Origin: Lama guanicoe
Taxonomy: Eukaryota
DNA: 64,000 bases
NCBI GenBank assembly: GCA_013239625.1
Contig: MU053652.1
Coordinates: forward strand, 1-64,000
Reading direction: 5' to 3'
The first letter of the stretch is position 1, and each line of letters starts with the position of its first letter. The translations under genes were made by a program, and so were the position numbers. Below the pieces are notes generated by a model that was not told the DNA's origin, did not search any database, and saw nothing but the letters and a program-made list of their open reading frames with translations. This document shows positions 1 to 11,460 of the stretch, piece by piece.

Positions 1-724
1 TGTGCACAAATATTTATTTTAATGGCACGCTGGAATCTCCCCTTAGGAAAGCTGGACTTTACAAATTCTCTTTCATCATTGGATATTTGCCTAAGTCAGC
101 ACTCCCCAGACTTGCCTTGGCTGCAGCCAAGAGGGTTTGGGGCAGGTTTGCTGGCTCTGGTGGTCCCATAGCACTGACTGAGATCTGTCTGCCTATTACC
201 AGATGTACAGGTGGGCACGACTCCTCTTGGGTCCCTTGGCATATAGTGCTGGACCCCACAACTCCCACAAGGCATTTTCATTCATGGATGGATGCCTAAT
301 TAGTTGTTTAAAAAGGGACAAAACGGAGGGACATCCTGTGCTACCATGATGCTGACATGAGAATTGTAATTTTTAAACAGATGTCTGTACATAACCTAAG
401 TCAGAAAAAACATTCAGGTCTCAGTTTTACCACTTTAATTTGAACCTTTTTATTTGTGACTTTATAATATTTAAAAGAAAAATAAAATCATGTTGAAAGA
501 AAGTTGAGGGAATTTCTTTGCAAACTTTAGAGTAAAATTTAGTTAGGAATGATACCAGTTTTTCTTCTTTACATGACTGTAAATGCTTTTTATAGCTCAG
601 CTGACTGACTCCCTCTCAACCTCCTTTCCATTGACACTGCACCACCACGTCCATCCATGTCCACCCAGATCCCTGAAGTAGCTCCTACTTTGTCTCTAGG
701 GACCTAGTCTTGGTGCTCTCAGAG

Positions 725-1280
725 CAGCGATTCTCAGCAGACTGGACCCAGCCCAGTGTCAGCCTCCCCTGACATCTTAGTCAGCTCAGGCTGCCATAGC
801 AAAGTGCCACAGACCAGGTGGCTTAAACAACAGAAATTTATTTCTCACAATTCAGGTGGATGGCAGCCCAAGATCAAGGTGCCAGCATGATTGGGTCCTG
901 ATAAGGGCTCGCTTCCTGGCTTATAGGCAGCTGCCTCCTCACTGTGTCCTTATATGGCAAAGAAAGTGAAAGAGAGCAAGTCTCTGATGTCTCTTCTTAT
1001 CAGGGCACTAATCGTCTCATGGGGACCCCACCTTCATGACCTCATGGAAACTTAATTACCTCCCAACCCCCCATGTCTTAATACCATCACATTGTGGGGT
1101 TAGGGCTTCAATGTATGAATTTGGGAGGGACATGATTCAGTCTATGGCTAGGACTAGTTAGAAATGCAAATTCTCAGGCCTCACTCCAGACCTGCTGATT
1201 CAGGAACACTGGATGTGGAGCCCAGCAGTATGTGTTTTAACAGGCGCTCCAGGTGGTTCTGATGCATGAAGAACCATGGC
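725..1280. mobile_element. MER5A-like hAT element interrupted by an MLT1A/B-type MaLR LTR (~772-1150); second copy at ~3100-3655
   Basis: The MLT1 hallmark GGCTTAAACAACAGAAATTTATTTCTCACA...AAGATCAAGGTGCCAGCA lies between MER5A-like pieces such as AGAAATGCAAATTCTCAGGCC...TTTAACAGGCGCTCCAGGTGGTTCTGATGCA. Confidence 0.7.
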
Positions 1281-1297
1281 TACAAACCATTCTCTCT

Positions 1298-2068
1298 TTT
1301 CTTAATTATATTTTATTAATTTTATTGAAGTGTAGTCAGTTTACAATGTATCTATTTCTGCTGTACAGCATAATGCATCAGTCATTCATGAACATACATA
1401 TATTCATTTTCATATTTTTCACCGTTAAGTTACTACAAGATATTGAATATAGTTCCCTGTGCTATACAGTATAAACTTGTTGTTTATCTATTTTATATAT
1501 ATTAGTTAATATCTGTAAATCTCGAACTCCCAATTTATCTCTTCCCACTCCCTTAGTAACCATAAGTTTGTTTTCTATGTCTGTGAGTCTGTTTCTGTTT
1601 TGTAAATAAGTTTGTTTTTCCTTTTTTTTTTAGATTCTACATATAAGTGATATCATATGGTATTTTTCTTTCTCTTTCTGGCTTACTTCACTTAGAATGA
1701 CATTCTCCAGGTCCATCCATGTTGTTGCAAATGGCATTATTTTATTATTTTTATGGCTGAGTAGTATTCCATTGTATAAATATACCACAGCTTCTTTATC
1801 CAGTCATCTCCCAGTGGACATCCAGTTGTCTGCATGCCCTGGCCACTGCAGATAGTGCTGCTATGAACATTGGGGTGCATGTACCCTCCTGAACCAAGGT
1901 TCCTTCTGGATAAATGCCCAGGAATGGGATTGCTGCATCATATGGTAAGTCGATTTTCAGTCTTTTGAGGAATCTCCATACTGTTTTCCATTATGGCTGC
2001 AGCAAATTACATTCCCACCAGCAGTGTAGGAGGGTTCCCTTTTCTCCACACCCTCTCCAGCATTTATT
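1298..2068 (-). mobile_element. L1 3' end (lineage-specific, 5'-truncated); second copy at ~3673-4444
   Basis: Antisense L1 3'UTR/ORF2 end: TTTATTGAAGTGTAGTCAGTTTACAATG...GGCTGAGTAGTATTCCATTG...CCCACCAGCAGTGTAGGAGGGTTCCCTTTTCTCCACACCCTCTCCAGCATTT. Confidence 0.85.
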
Positions 2069-4701
2069 GTACAAACTGTTCTCTTCACTATACCTCTTTA
2101 ACAGTGAAAATGGATCATGTTACCCCACATTTTTCTGTGCTTCCTTCCTGATCTTCTCCTTCCCACCCATCGTGAGGGTCCTGCCTTGGTGCCCCAGGCG
2201 CTGCTGGAAGAAATGGATTTCTCTGGCAGTGCTCTGCACAGCTCGGGGTAGATGGGCATTCACTCACTACTCTCCTTTTTCCCTGTGGGAGAGGTCACTG
2301 CGGAATAGCTCAGCCCCTCACTGTCATTGTTGGGGAGAAGCAGTGCTTGCAAAGTTCCCCTGACCCTCTCCACTATGTGCACAAATATTTATTTTAATGG
2401 CACGCTGGAATCTCCCCTTAGGAAAGCTGGACTTTACAAATTCTCTTTCATCATTGGATATTTGCCTAAGTCAGCACTCCCCAGACTTGCCTTGGCTGCA
2501 GCCAAGAGGGTTTGGGGCAGGTTTGCTGGCTCTGGTGGTCCCATAGCACTGACTGAGATCTGTCTGCCTATTACCAGATGTACAGGTGGGCACGACTCCT
2601 CTTGGGTCCCTTGGCATATAGTGCTGGACCCCACAACTCCCACAAGGCATTTTCATTCATGGATGGATGCCTAATTAGTTGTTTAAAAAGGGACAAAACG
2701 GAGGGACATCCTGTGCTACCATGATGCTGACATGAGAATTGTAATTTTTAAACAGATGTCTGTACATAACCTAAGTCAGAAAAAACATTCAGGTCTCAGT
2801 TTTACCACTTTAATTTGAACCTTTTTATTTGTGACTTTATAATATTTAAAAGAAAAATAAAATCATGTTGAAAGAAAGTTGAGGGAATTTCTTTGCAAAC
2901 TTTAGAGTAAAATTTAGTTAGGAATGATACCAGTTTTTCTTCTTTACATGACTGTAAATGCTTTTTATAGCTCAGCTGACTGACTCCCTCTCAACCTCCT
3001 TTCCATTGACACTGCACCACCACGTCCATCCATGTCCACCCAGATCCCTGAAGTAGCTCCTACTTTGTCTCTAGGGACCTAGTCTTGGTGCTCTCAGAGC
3101 AGCGATTCTCAGCAGACTGGACCCAGCCCAGTGTCAGCCTCCCCTGACATCTTAGTCAGCTCAGGCTGCCATAGCAAAGTGCCACAGACCAGGTGGCTTA
3201 AACAACAGAAATTTATTTCTCACAATTCAGGTGGATGGCAGCCCAAGATCAAGGTGCCAGCATGATTGGGTCCTGATAAGGGCTCGCTTCCTGGCTTATA
3301 GGCAGCTGCCTCCTCACTGTGTCCTTATATGGCAAAGAAAGTGAAAGAGAGCAAGTCTCTGATGTCTCTTCTTATCAGGGCACTAATCGTCTCATGGGGA
3401 CCCCACCTTCATGACCTCATGGAAACTTAATTACCTCCCAACCCCCCATGTCTTAATACCATCACATTGTGGGGTTAGGGCTTCAATGTATGAATTTGGG
3501 AGGGACATGATTCAGTCTATGGCTAGGACTAGTTAGAAATGCAAATTCTCAGGCCTCACTCCAGACCTGCTGATTCAGGAACACTGGATGTGGAGCCCAG
3601 CAGTATGTGTTTTAACAGGCGCTCCAGGTGGTTCTGATGCATGAAGAACCATGGCTACAAACCATTCTCTCTTTTCTTAATTATATTTTATTAATTTTAT
3701 TGAAGTGTAGTCAGTTTACAATGTATCTATTTCTGCTGTACAGCATAATGCATCAGTCATTCATGAACATACATATATTCATTTTCATATTTTTCACCGT
3801 TAAGTTACTACAAGATATTGAATATAGTTCCCTGTGCTATACAGTATAAACTTGTTGTTTATCTATTTTATATATATTAGTTAATATCTGTAAATCTCGA
3901 ACTCCCAATTTATCTCTTCCCACTCCCTTAGTAACCATAAGTTTGTTTTCTATGTCTGTGAGTCTGTTTCTGTTTTGTAAATAAGTTTGTTTTTCCTTTT
4001 TTTTTTTAGATTCTACATATAAGTGATATCATATGGTATTTTTCTTTCTCTTTCTGGCTTACTTCACTTAGAATGACATTCTCCAGGTCCATCCATGTTG
4101 TTGCAAATGGCATTATTTTATTATTTTTATGGCTGAGTAGTATTCCATTGTATAAATATACCACAGCTTCTTTATCCAGTCATCTCCCAGTGGACATCCA
4201 GTTGTCTGCATGCCCTGGCCACTGCAGATAGTGCTGCTATGAACATTGGGGTGCATGTACCCTCCTGAACCAAGGTTCCTTCTGGATAAATGCCCAGGAA
4301 TGGGATTGCTGCATCATATGGTAAGTCGATTTTCAGTCTTTTGAGGAATCTCCATACTGTTTTCCATTATGGCTGCAGCAAATTACATTCCCACCAGCAG
4401 TGTAGGAGGGTTCCCTTTTCTCCACACCCTCTCCAGCATTTATTGTACAAACTGTTCTCTTCACTATACCTCTTTAACAGTGAAAATGGATCATGTTACC
4501 CCCTGCTTAAAAAAATCCATCAAGGAGTTCCCACTACACTCACAGCGAAATACCAACATCTATTAGAGGCATCAAAGCCTCTGCACTTTGTCCCTTTAAT
4601 GCGTCTCCTAGCTCATCTTGTAACTCCCTTTGCTTATCATGTGTCACACTTGCAGGCCTCCTTGCTGTTCCTCAAAGATCCCCCATTTTTCCTGTCCCAG
4701 G

Positions 4702-5139
4702 TGTAAAGAAAAGAATGTTACCCGTCATTCCAGGATGACAAAGATCAAACCTTTACCCTCTGCCGCTGCCCTCAGGGGATTTCAGGATGGAGAAAACTAG
4801 GAAACATTCTGTGCTTTGGATATAAGGGGCCCCTAGATAGTTAAGATGCATATCTAAGGAAAAATTTCAAATGACCCCAGATTCTTGCATTTCCCCATAC
4901 ATAGAAAAGCACTGAAATCATTAACTTGAGATGTCTGTTCTTTGTGATTAGCAGTAATCTTGATGCCTGTCTACTTGTTTTTCCAAGCAAAGTTCACAGA
5001 CATCCTGGCTCCTCTCTGGCCTCTTCAGAGCGGCTCCTCAGAGCTATCTGAGAGGGTGTCTTCCAGGCTTTAGTCCTCAATAAAGTTCTCGGATAAAGCT
5101 TAACTCACAACTTTTATGTTGTGTGTTTTTTGGTCAATG
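4702..5139 (+). mobile_element. Solo ERV1-type LTR inserted in an L2 fragment
   Basis: Starts TGTAAAG, has AATAAA near its 3' end and a 4-bp TSD CAGG (4698-4701 and 5140-5143). Homologous to 33453-33892 and to the reverse complement of 22758-23235 (shared CTAGATAGTTAAGRTGCRTATC). Confidence 0.8.
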
Positions 5140-6456
5140 CAGGGCATAGGCACTTGCTTTCCCCTCTGCCTGAAATCCTCTTCTCTGGCTCTTAGCCAAG
5201 CTGACATCTCTCTTCGCGTCTCAGCAAAAATGTCTCCTCTGAACTGATTGCGTCTCTCCCTGACCAGCCTGCATAAAGTGGCAGGAACTACCTGCTTCCC
5301 CAGCTACCCTCTGCTTTGCCATTCAGTTTGTTTCTTGTATTAGGTTACTACAGCCCGAATTAGTGTGCATTTACTTGTTGATTTCTTTGCCCGCCACAAG
5401 CATGTAAACTCCATGTGGAAGAAATTTTGTCTGTCTTGTTCACCACTGTCATTGCCCGGAGGGTACCTGGTACACAGGAGGTGTTCAATACACACTTCAA
5501 GTGTGAATGAATGAATGAGTGATTGTGGCTGGTGAACGTCCTGATCTTCAAGGGAGTGAGCTACACAGCCAGTCATAGTTCTTAAAAGTTTGAAACTGTG
5601 CAATTTTTTTAATAGCCCGCAGCTCTGTCTCCCTGCTGCTGTTATTTATCGACATTTCCATGATCAGAGGGACCTATCCACCCCCTGGAGCTAGTGCTCC
5701 CATTTCTTTCCGGTATGTAGCCGCCATCACCCAAGGTGGTTGACAGTGGAAAGTTCCCAGAGGATAAATTTGGGATAAAAGGTGAAGGAAGGAGTATCCA
5801 AGAAAGAGTAAATAATAATTGAATGAATGAATGGACTGTAGAACATCCAGACCAAGAGAAAGAGAAACCAACAGGATTAAAGGAAACTTTTTCAATCCGG
5901 AAGAAGTCAGGAAGGCAAGACAAAAATAAAATAAGATTAGATAATAGAAACTTGAAAAGACATATCCTTGTTAACAATAATTCGAGTATCTTAGATTTAC
6001 CTATTAAAAGTCACAGAAAACTGTTATCCTTATATGGACAGGAATGCTGTCTTATTCACAATTTATTATTACACAGAATGACCCTTTACAAGCACCTTTG
6101 ATTTTTCTGGAACTGTGCTCATGCTGGTGAAACAAGTAATCTTTACAACAATCCTCTGGTATCCCTTGAGGATTATGCATAATAAATATTTATTAAATGA
6201 GTATGATAAATTCAGGACATGATCAAAGCCTATCCAATTGGATAAAAAAGCTAAATTTATGTAACATGTTTTTAAGAAACAAATAAGGATGAGTTACAAT
6301 AACAAAAAGGCAATACCTCCCACTAGATTAATGAAGAAAATGACAAGGAAGTCATAAATACTTGTCCCCTGGAATAAAAATGCCAAAATAGCCACAGATA
6401 CAGAGGAATGTTTTTGAATTTTACATAATTCCATACAAATAAATTTTGAAATGTGA

Positions 6457-6851
6457 AATAAGTAAGCCAGAAAGAGGGAGAGAAATATCATATGATATCA
6501 CTTATATGTAGAATCTAAAAAAAGACACAAATGAACTTATTTACAAAACAGAAACTGACTCACTCACATTCATAGAAAACAAACTTATGGTTACCCGGGG
6601 AGAAAAGGGGTGTGGAGACATAAATTGGGAGTTTGAGATTTGCAGATACTAACTACTATATATAAAATAGATAAACAACAAGTTTCTACTGTATAGCACA
6701 GGGAACTATAATCAATATTTTGTAGTAACCTAAAATGAAAAAGAATATGAAAAAGAATACGTGTATGTATATGTATGACTATAACATTATGCTGTACACC
6801 AGAAATTGACACACCATTGTAAACTGACTATACTTCAATTTAAAATCAAAT
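6457..6851 (+). mobile_element. L1 3' end (lineage-specific)
   Basis: ATATCACTTATATGTAGAATCTAAAAAA...AAATTGACACACCATTGTAAACTGACTATACTTCAAT with an A-rich tail; same family as 1298-2068. Confidence 0.85.
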
Positions 6852-7149
6852 AAAATGTGCCATATTTGTATGCAGAAGCTGCTAAAATGTACTAAAAAAA
6901 AGGCAGAAAACCTAAACCTATAAATACAATGGAAAAGATAATAACAAAGAACAGTATCTCCCTCCTTCCCACTCCCTAAAAAATGACAGGTCAAAGTGGG
7001 TTTATAGGTCAACTGTCTTCACACCTTTAACAAACGAACAATTCCTCCATGTTTTAACTTTACCAGAGCCAGAGAAGGAATAAAAGCTTCAGTCTCTATT
7101 ACCAAAACTCCACAAAGATAGTTCACTAAAAGAAAACTGTAAGTTCTGT

Positions 7150-7595
7150 GACAGCATGGATGGACCCTGCGGCATTCTGCTAAGTGAGCTAAGTCAGAGA
7201 AAGACAAGTACGGTATGATCTCACTTACATGTGGAATCTAAAAAAACCCCAAACTCATAGAAAAGGAGATTGGATTTGTGGTTGCTAGAGGCAGAAGGCA
7301 GTGGGTGGGGAAACTGGTAAAGGTGGTTGCAAGATAAATAAATCCTGGGGATGTAAGGTACAATATTGTAACTGTAGCTAACATTGTTTTTGGTATATTT
7401 GAAAGCTGCTAAGAGAGTAGATCCTAAACGTTCTCATCACAAGGAGAAATTTTTTGGTGGGTAACCAGAGAGGTGATGGATGTTAACTAAACTTATCATA
7501 CTACTCATTTCACGACACATTCGTATGTCCAATCATTATGTTGTACACCTTAAACTTCGTGTTGGATGTCAGTTATACCTCAATAAGACTAGAAG
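7150..7595 (+). mobile_element. Older L1 (L1MA/MB-like) 3' end
   Basis: CATGGATGGACCCTG...TGATCTCACTTACATGTGGAATCTAAAAAAA...TGTACACCTTAAACTT...CTCAATAA. Confidence 0.7.
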
Positions 7596-8201
7596 GAGTC
7601 AAAAATTACAAACCAATAACCTAGTGCATATTGCTGTAAAAATCTTAGTGATATTAAAATAAAGAATCTAACACCTCTTTTTAAAAAGTGTGCCTTATGA
7701 TCAAAAGAAATCTCTTTCTTAGATTTTTCCTGTCCCAGGTGTAAAGAAAAGAATGTTACCCATCATTCCAGGATAACAAAGATCAAGCCTTTAGCCTCTG
7801 CCGCTTAAAGGAGAAAAAACAGTATGATCTAGTGGTTACTAGTAGGGGGGCCAGGAAGGCTGACAGGGCACTGGGACGAGGCCCCCAGAGCTCTCAGAGG
7901 ACCCTGCAGTATTAACTAGGGAAAAAGCAAAATTCTCTCTCAGGCTTACAGCAGCCTGAAGAAATGGGAACAACTCCAGTCTGGGAGCAGCAAGATAACG
8001 CCATGCTCAGGTGCTGGTGGCCCGTGGCTTTTGATATATTCCATAAAAACCCTGCCACACTGATAGTGTTAACGCAGGAGGTGAGGGAGGATGATCAGAG
8101 TCAGAGGGTAAGTCGGTAGCTATAGTAGGACTGCTGGAGAAGACCCGGGTGGGGGAAATGGAGCAGGCAGAGAAATCGAATGTTGCTCAGACTGCCCCCC
8201 C

Positions 8202-8220
8202 NNNNNNNNNNNNNNNNNNN
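8202..8220. other. Assembly gap (19 N)
   Basis: Run of n directly after a C homopolymer. Confidence 1.
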
Positions 8221-8643
8221 GTAATGATCAAACATTTCTTTTGCTGAGTATTTGCATTCAATTAAGGAAAGTCTCATTTTAACCAAATTAAAATAAATAG
8301 AGCACTTAGCACAAAGACCACCCTTTTGAAGATGCCAATCCCCTTTCCCCCTTTACAAATCATTATTGCCTTGTAATAAGGTAGATTGACAGATGTCTGG
8401 GTGTTAGAGCTTTCTATAACAGTCGCTGGTCTTGTGGTATAAGAATTCCTTCCTGCTCCTGTCTGCATCTCTTTCTGCCAGCCTTCAGATGATCTGATTT
8501 CATCAAAAACTCCCATTGAATCTGATTCTGCTGTTTTGACTTCAAAGAATAAGTTGCTTAATCAAACTTATGAACAATCTACAAGGCCACACAGCAAACA
8601 TGCACCTTCATTCTTACATCCCCACCACCCCGGCCCTTCTCTC

Positions 8644-9176
8644 TTTTTTTTTTATTGAAGTATAGTCAATTTGCAATGTTGTGTTAGACTTTGGTATACA
8701 GCATAGTGATTCAGTATACATATATATTCTTTTTCATATTCTTTTTCACTATAGGTTACTACAAAATATTGACTCTAGTTCCGTGTGCTGTACAGTAGAA
8801 CCTTGTTGTTTATTTTATATATAGCAGTTAGTGTCTGTAAATCCCAAACTCCTGGTTTATCCCTCCCACACCTTTCCTCCCTGGTAACCAAAAGTTTGTT
8901 TTCTATGTCTGTGAGTCTGTTGCTGTTTTGTAAATAAGTTCATTTGTGTCACTTATTTTTTTTTTAGATTCCACATGTAAGTGATATCACTTGGTATTTG
9001 TTTTTGTCTGACTTCACTTAGTATGATAATCTCTAGGTCATCCATATTGCTGCAAATGTCATTATTCATTCTTTTTATGGCTGAGTAGTATTCCCCTGTA
9101 TATATATACACCACATCTTCTTTATGCACACATCTGTGATGGACATTTAGGTTGCTTCCATGTATTGGCTATTGTA
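8644..9176 (-). mobile_element. L1 3' end (lineage-specific), antisense
   Basis: Poly-T followed by TTATTGAAGTATAGTCAAT...GGCTGAGTAGTATTCC; flanked by a TSD-like CCCYGGCCCTT. Confidence 0.85.
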
Positions 9177-11204
9177 CCCTGGCCCTTTTCCTTCCCGCCT
9201 CCCTCTTCCTGTCCTTTTCTGCTCACCCAGTGAAGGATGAGACAGGCCTACAAGGGATGAAGCACTACCATGTCTGCCACTCTCATCAATTCACTTTTGC
9301 TTGACAAACATTTGTTAAACCACTAAGTGCTGCCACATGCCAGCCACTGTGCTCCATGCTGGGCTGAAGACCCACATGGCCCTCTAGGAAGTTCTGGTTC
9401 CCAGCACGGGTAGGGGAGGTGGCTGGAGAGCTGGGGGCCCATGCCCCAGCACAGACCACAGGCTTTGGCACCTCAAGGGCTGGAGGCCATGAAGAGTAGA
9501 GTGGTGGCATGAGGACAGAATTCTCACAGAACAGACCAGCCTGGACAGGCCGGGGAGGCCAGGGCAGGAGGCCAGGGCCGCCCACCTCGGGGAGAGTAGG
9601 AGCAGGTCCACACTCCGGGCTGGTGAGGCCTTGAAGGTTAGGCCACATGATTTAGTGCAGTCTAAGTGAAAACATGGCTTTAACTAAGCTGTCATTTTGT
9701 TAAGAATCTCCAAAGCAGATATTCTTTACAAATGGTTCAGGGACAATCTTCAAGTCAGAAGAAAATAAGTGAAAAGGTTATATGCAGGAAAGATTAGACG
9801 GCTCCACGGGACAGGGGTCAGCTGTAGGGCCGCCATAGTGCTTGTCCCGAGGGCAGGAGGGGGACCCGGGCCCGAGGACAGGCTTGACAGGGCTTCCCCG
9901 CAGGTGTCTCACCCGCCAGGGCCAGAGAGGGCCACGTGCACTTTTTTTTGGTTATTTTTTTCCCCCCTCACAGTTTTGCCCTTACCTCATTCCTCGATTT
10001 TGTGCAGTTTCAGGCTCACTGGACATACCAAGGCCAATTTAGAGCACAAGAGTCAGGAATCACCCCTCCCTGCAACATTCTGCTCAGAAACAGCACAAAC
10101 ACGAGCCTTGTCCCTGCCATGACACATGAGCCCACTGGAAGGAAACTCCTCGGCTGCCCCATTCTGTCATGACAGCAACTGAAATGCCGTGATGAACCAA
10201 AGCAGAGCATGCTTGAGGATAGGGTTCATGAGGAACTCATCTAAAGAGCCGGTTAGCTTTGCCCTCTCTCCTGTGAGAAGAGGAGGAAGGTGGTTCTATT
10301 TTGCGATAAACTCACGTGGATCTGCTACAATTCTGGTCCAGCTCCCTCTCTGCTTTTCCCTGAAGGGCAGGAACATGTGCAGCAGGCACTTAGTCAGCTC
10401 CACTGGTGGACTGGCCCAGCCTCCAGCACCACAGTCTTCTCCCCTTCTGCTGTCCCTGGTCACTCTGATGTGAAAGTGTGTGGAACGGTCACGCTCTAGC
10501 TCCCTACCTCCTTCCTCATACTCAAACATAGTTCCAGCCTTACTGAGTCTTTCTTTAAAATGCTTCCTTTTTCAGTCCATACTGTTCTGTATGGACTGAA
10601 CTAAAGCTTTAGTTCAGAGCCTTATAGAATCACCCAAGCCCATTACCATGGCCTTTTGCTTCCAGTGGGCTCTCTCCTCCTCCTACCCACTGCCATTGGT
10701 TTCTTAGACGGCTGCCAAAAGTGTGGTCCAAGGAATAGATGTTATGTGGGGAAAAAAGGGATGTATTCAAACAAGTTTGGAAAAATTCTGGGTTAAACAA
10801 AATGTAAACAGGTCACTTTTCCTGCAGGACTTATCAGAGCCTTTAATACATTAATCATGTGCATTGTGAACCTTGAAATGGAGAGATAAGATGTGGTTTT
10901 TCTAGACTTTTTTTACCTTGAAATACCATCCTCCCCCTCCCACTTGCTTTTATTAGTAGGTCATCCTTGATATGAGTAAACTGCAGAGCACACAATAAGA
11001 AACAATAGTCCCAGGGAGCTGATTACCTCCCTAAGAATTTTGCACTATATGGAAATAGAAAGTATTCTTTGATTATTTTATATTCATTAAAAATGTATAC
11101 CATATTTCATACCTACAAAAGAATAAATGTAATGTATGGATAAACTATAGAGAGTATTATAAAGGACACATGTGGCCCCAGCATACAGCCACTGAACTAA
11201 ACAT

Positions 11205-11460
11205 GGGCACAGGAAATCTTTTCTGTAAAAAGTCAAAACTTGTCAAATGAGCAAATTAACTGGGCTCTCTTTCTTGTGAGAAGAAGAGAATGAAGGGTTG
11301 CAGACCATGTGGTATCCAAATATTCACTCTGCTGTGTAGCATGAAGGCAGCTGCAAGCAGTATGTAAATGAATTCGTGTGTTCCAATAATGTGTTATTTA
11401 CGGAACAGGTAACAGGCTAAATTTGGTCCGTGGGCTGTAGTTTGCCAACAGCGGCTCTGG
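11205..11460. mobile_element. MER58A-like hAT-Charlie element
   Basis: TTTTCTGTAAAAAGTC...GTTCCAATAA...GGTCCGTGGGCTGTAGTTTGCCAAC. Confidence 0.65.

Larger units (their letters stand above)
1..4502 (+). repeat. Near-perfect tandem duplication, period 2375-2376 bp; copy A <1..2126, copy B 2127..4502
   Basis: 1..2126 recurs at 2376..4502. The ORF track gives identical peptides at offset 2375 (59/2434, 96/2471, 1253/3628) and a shared N-terminus at offset 2376 (1914/4290). The only difference seen by eye is a T-run of 10 vs 11. Confidence 0.95.

Noticed and set aside
1914..2363. 149-aa ORF (and 4290-4706)
   Set aside because: Antisense translation of the L1 ORF2 3' end running across the duplication junction.
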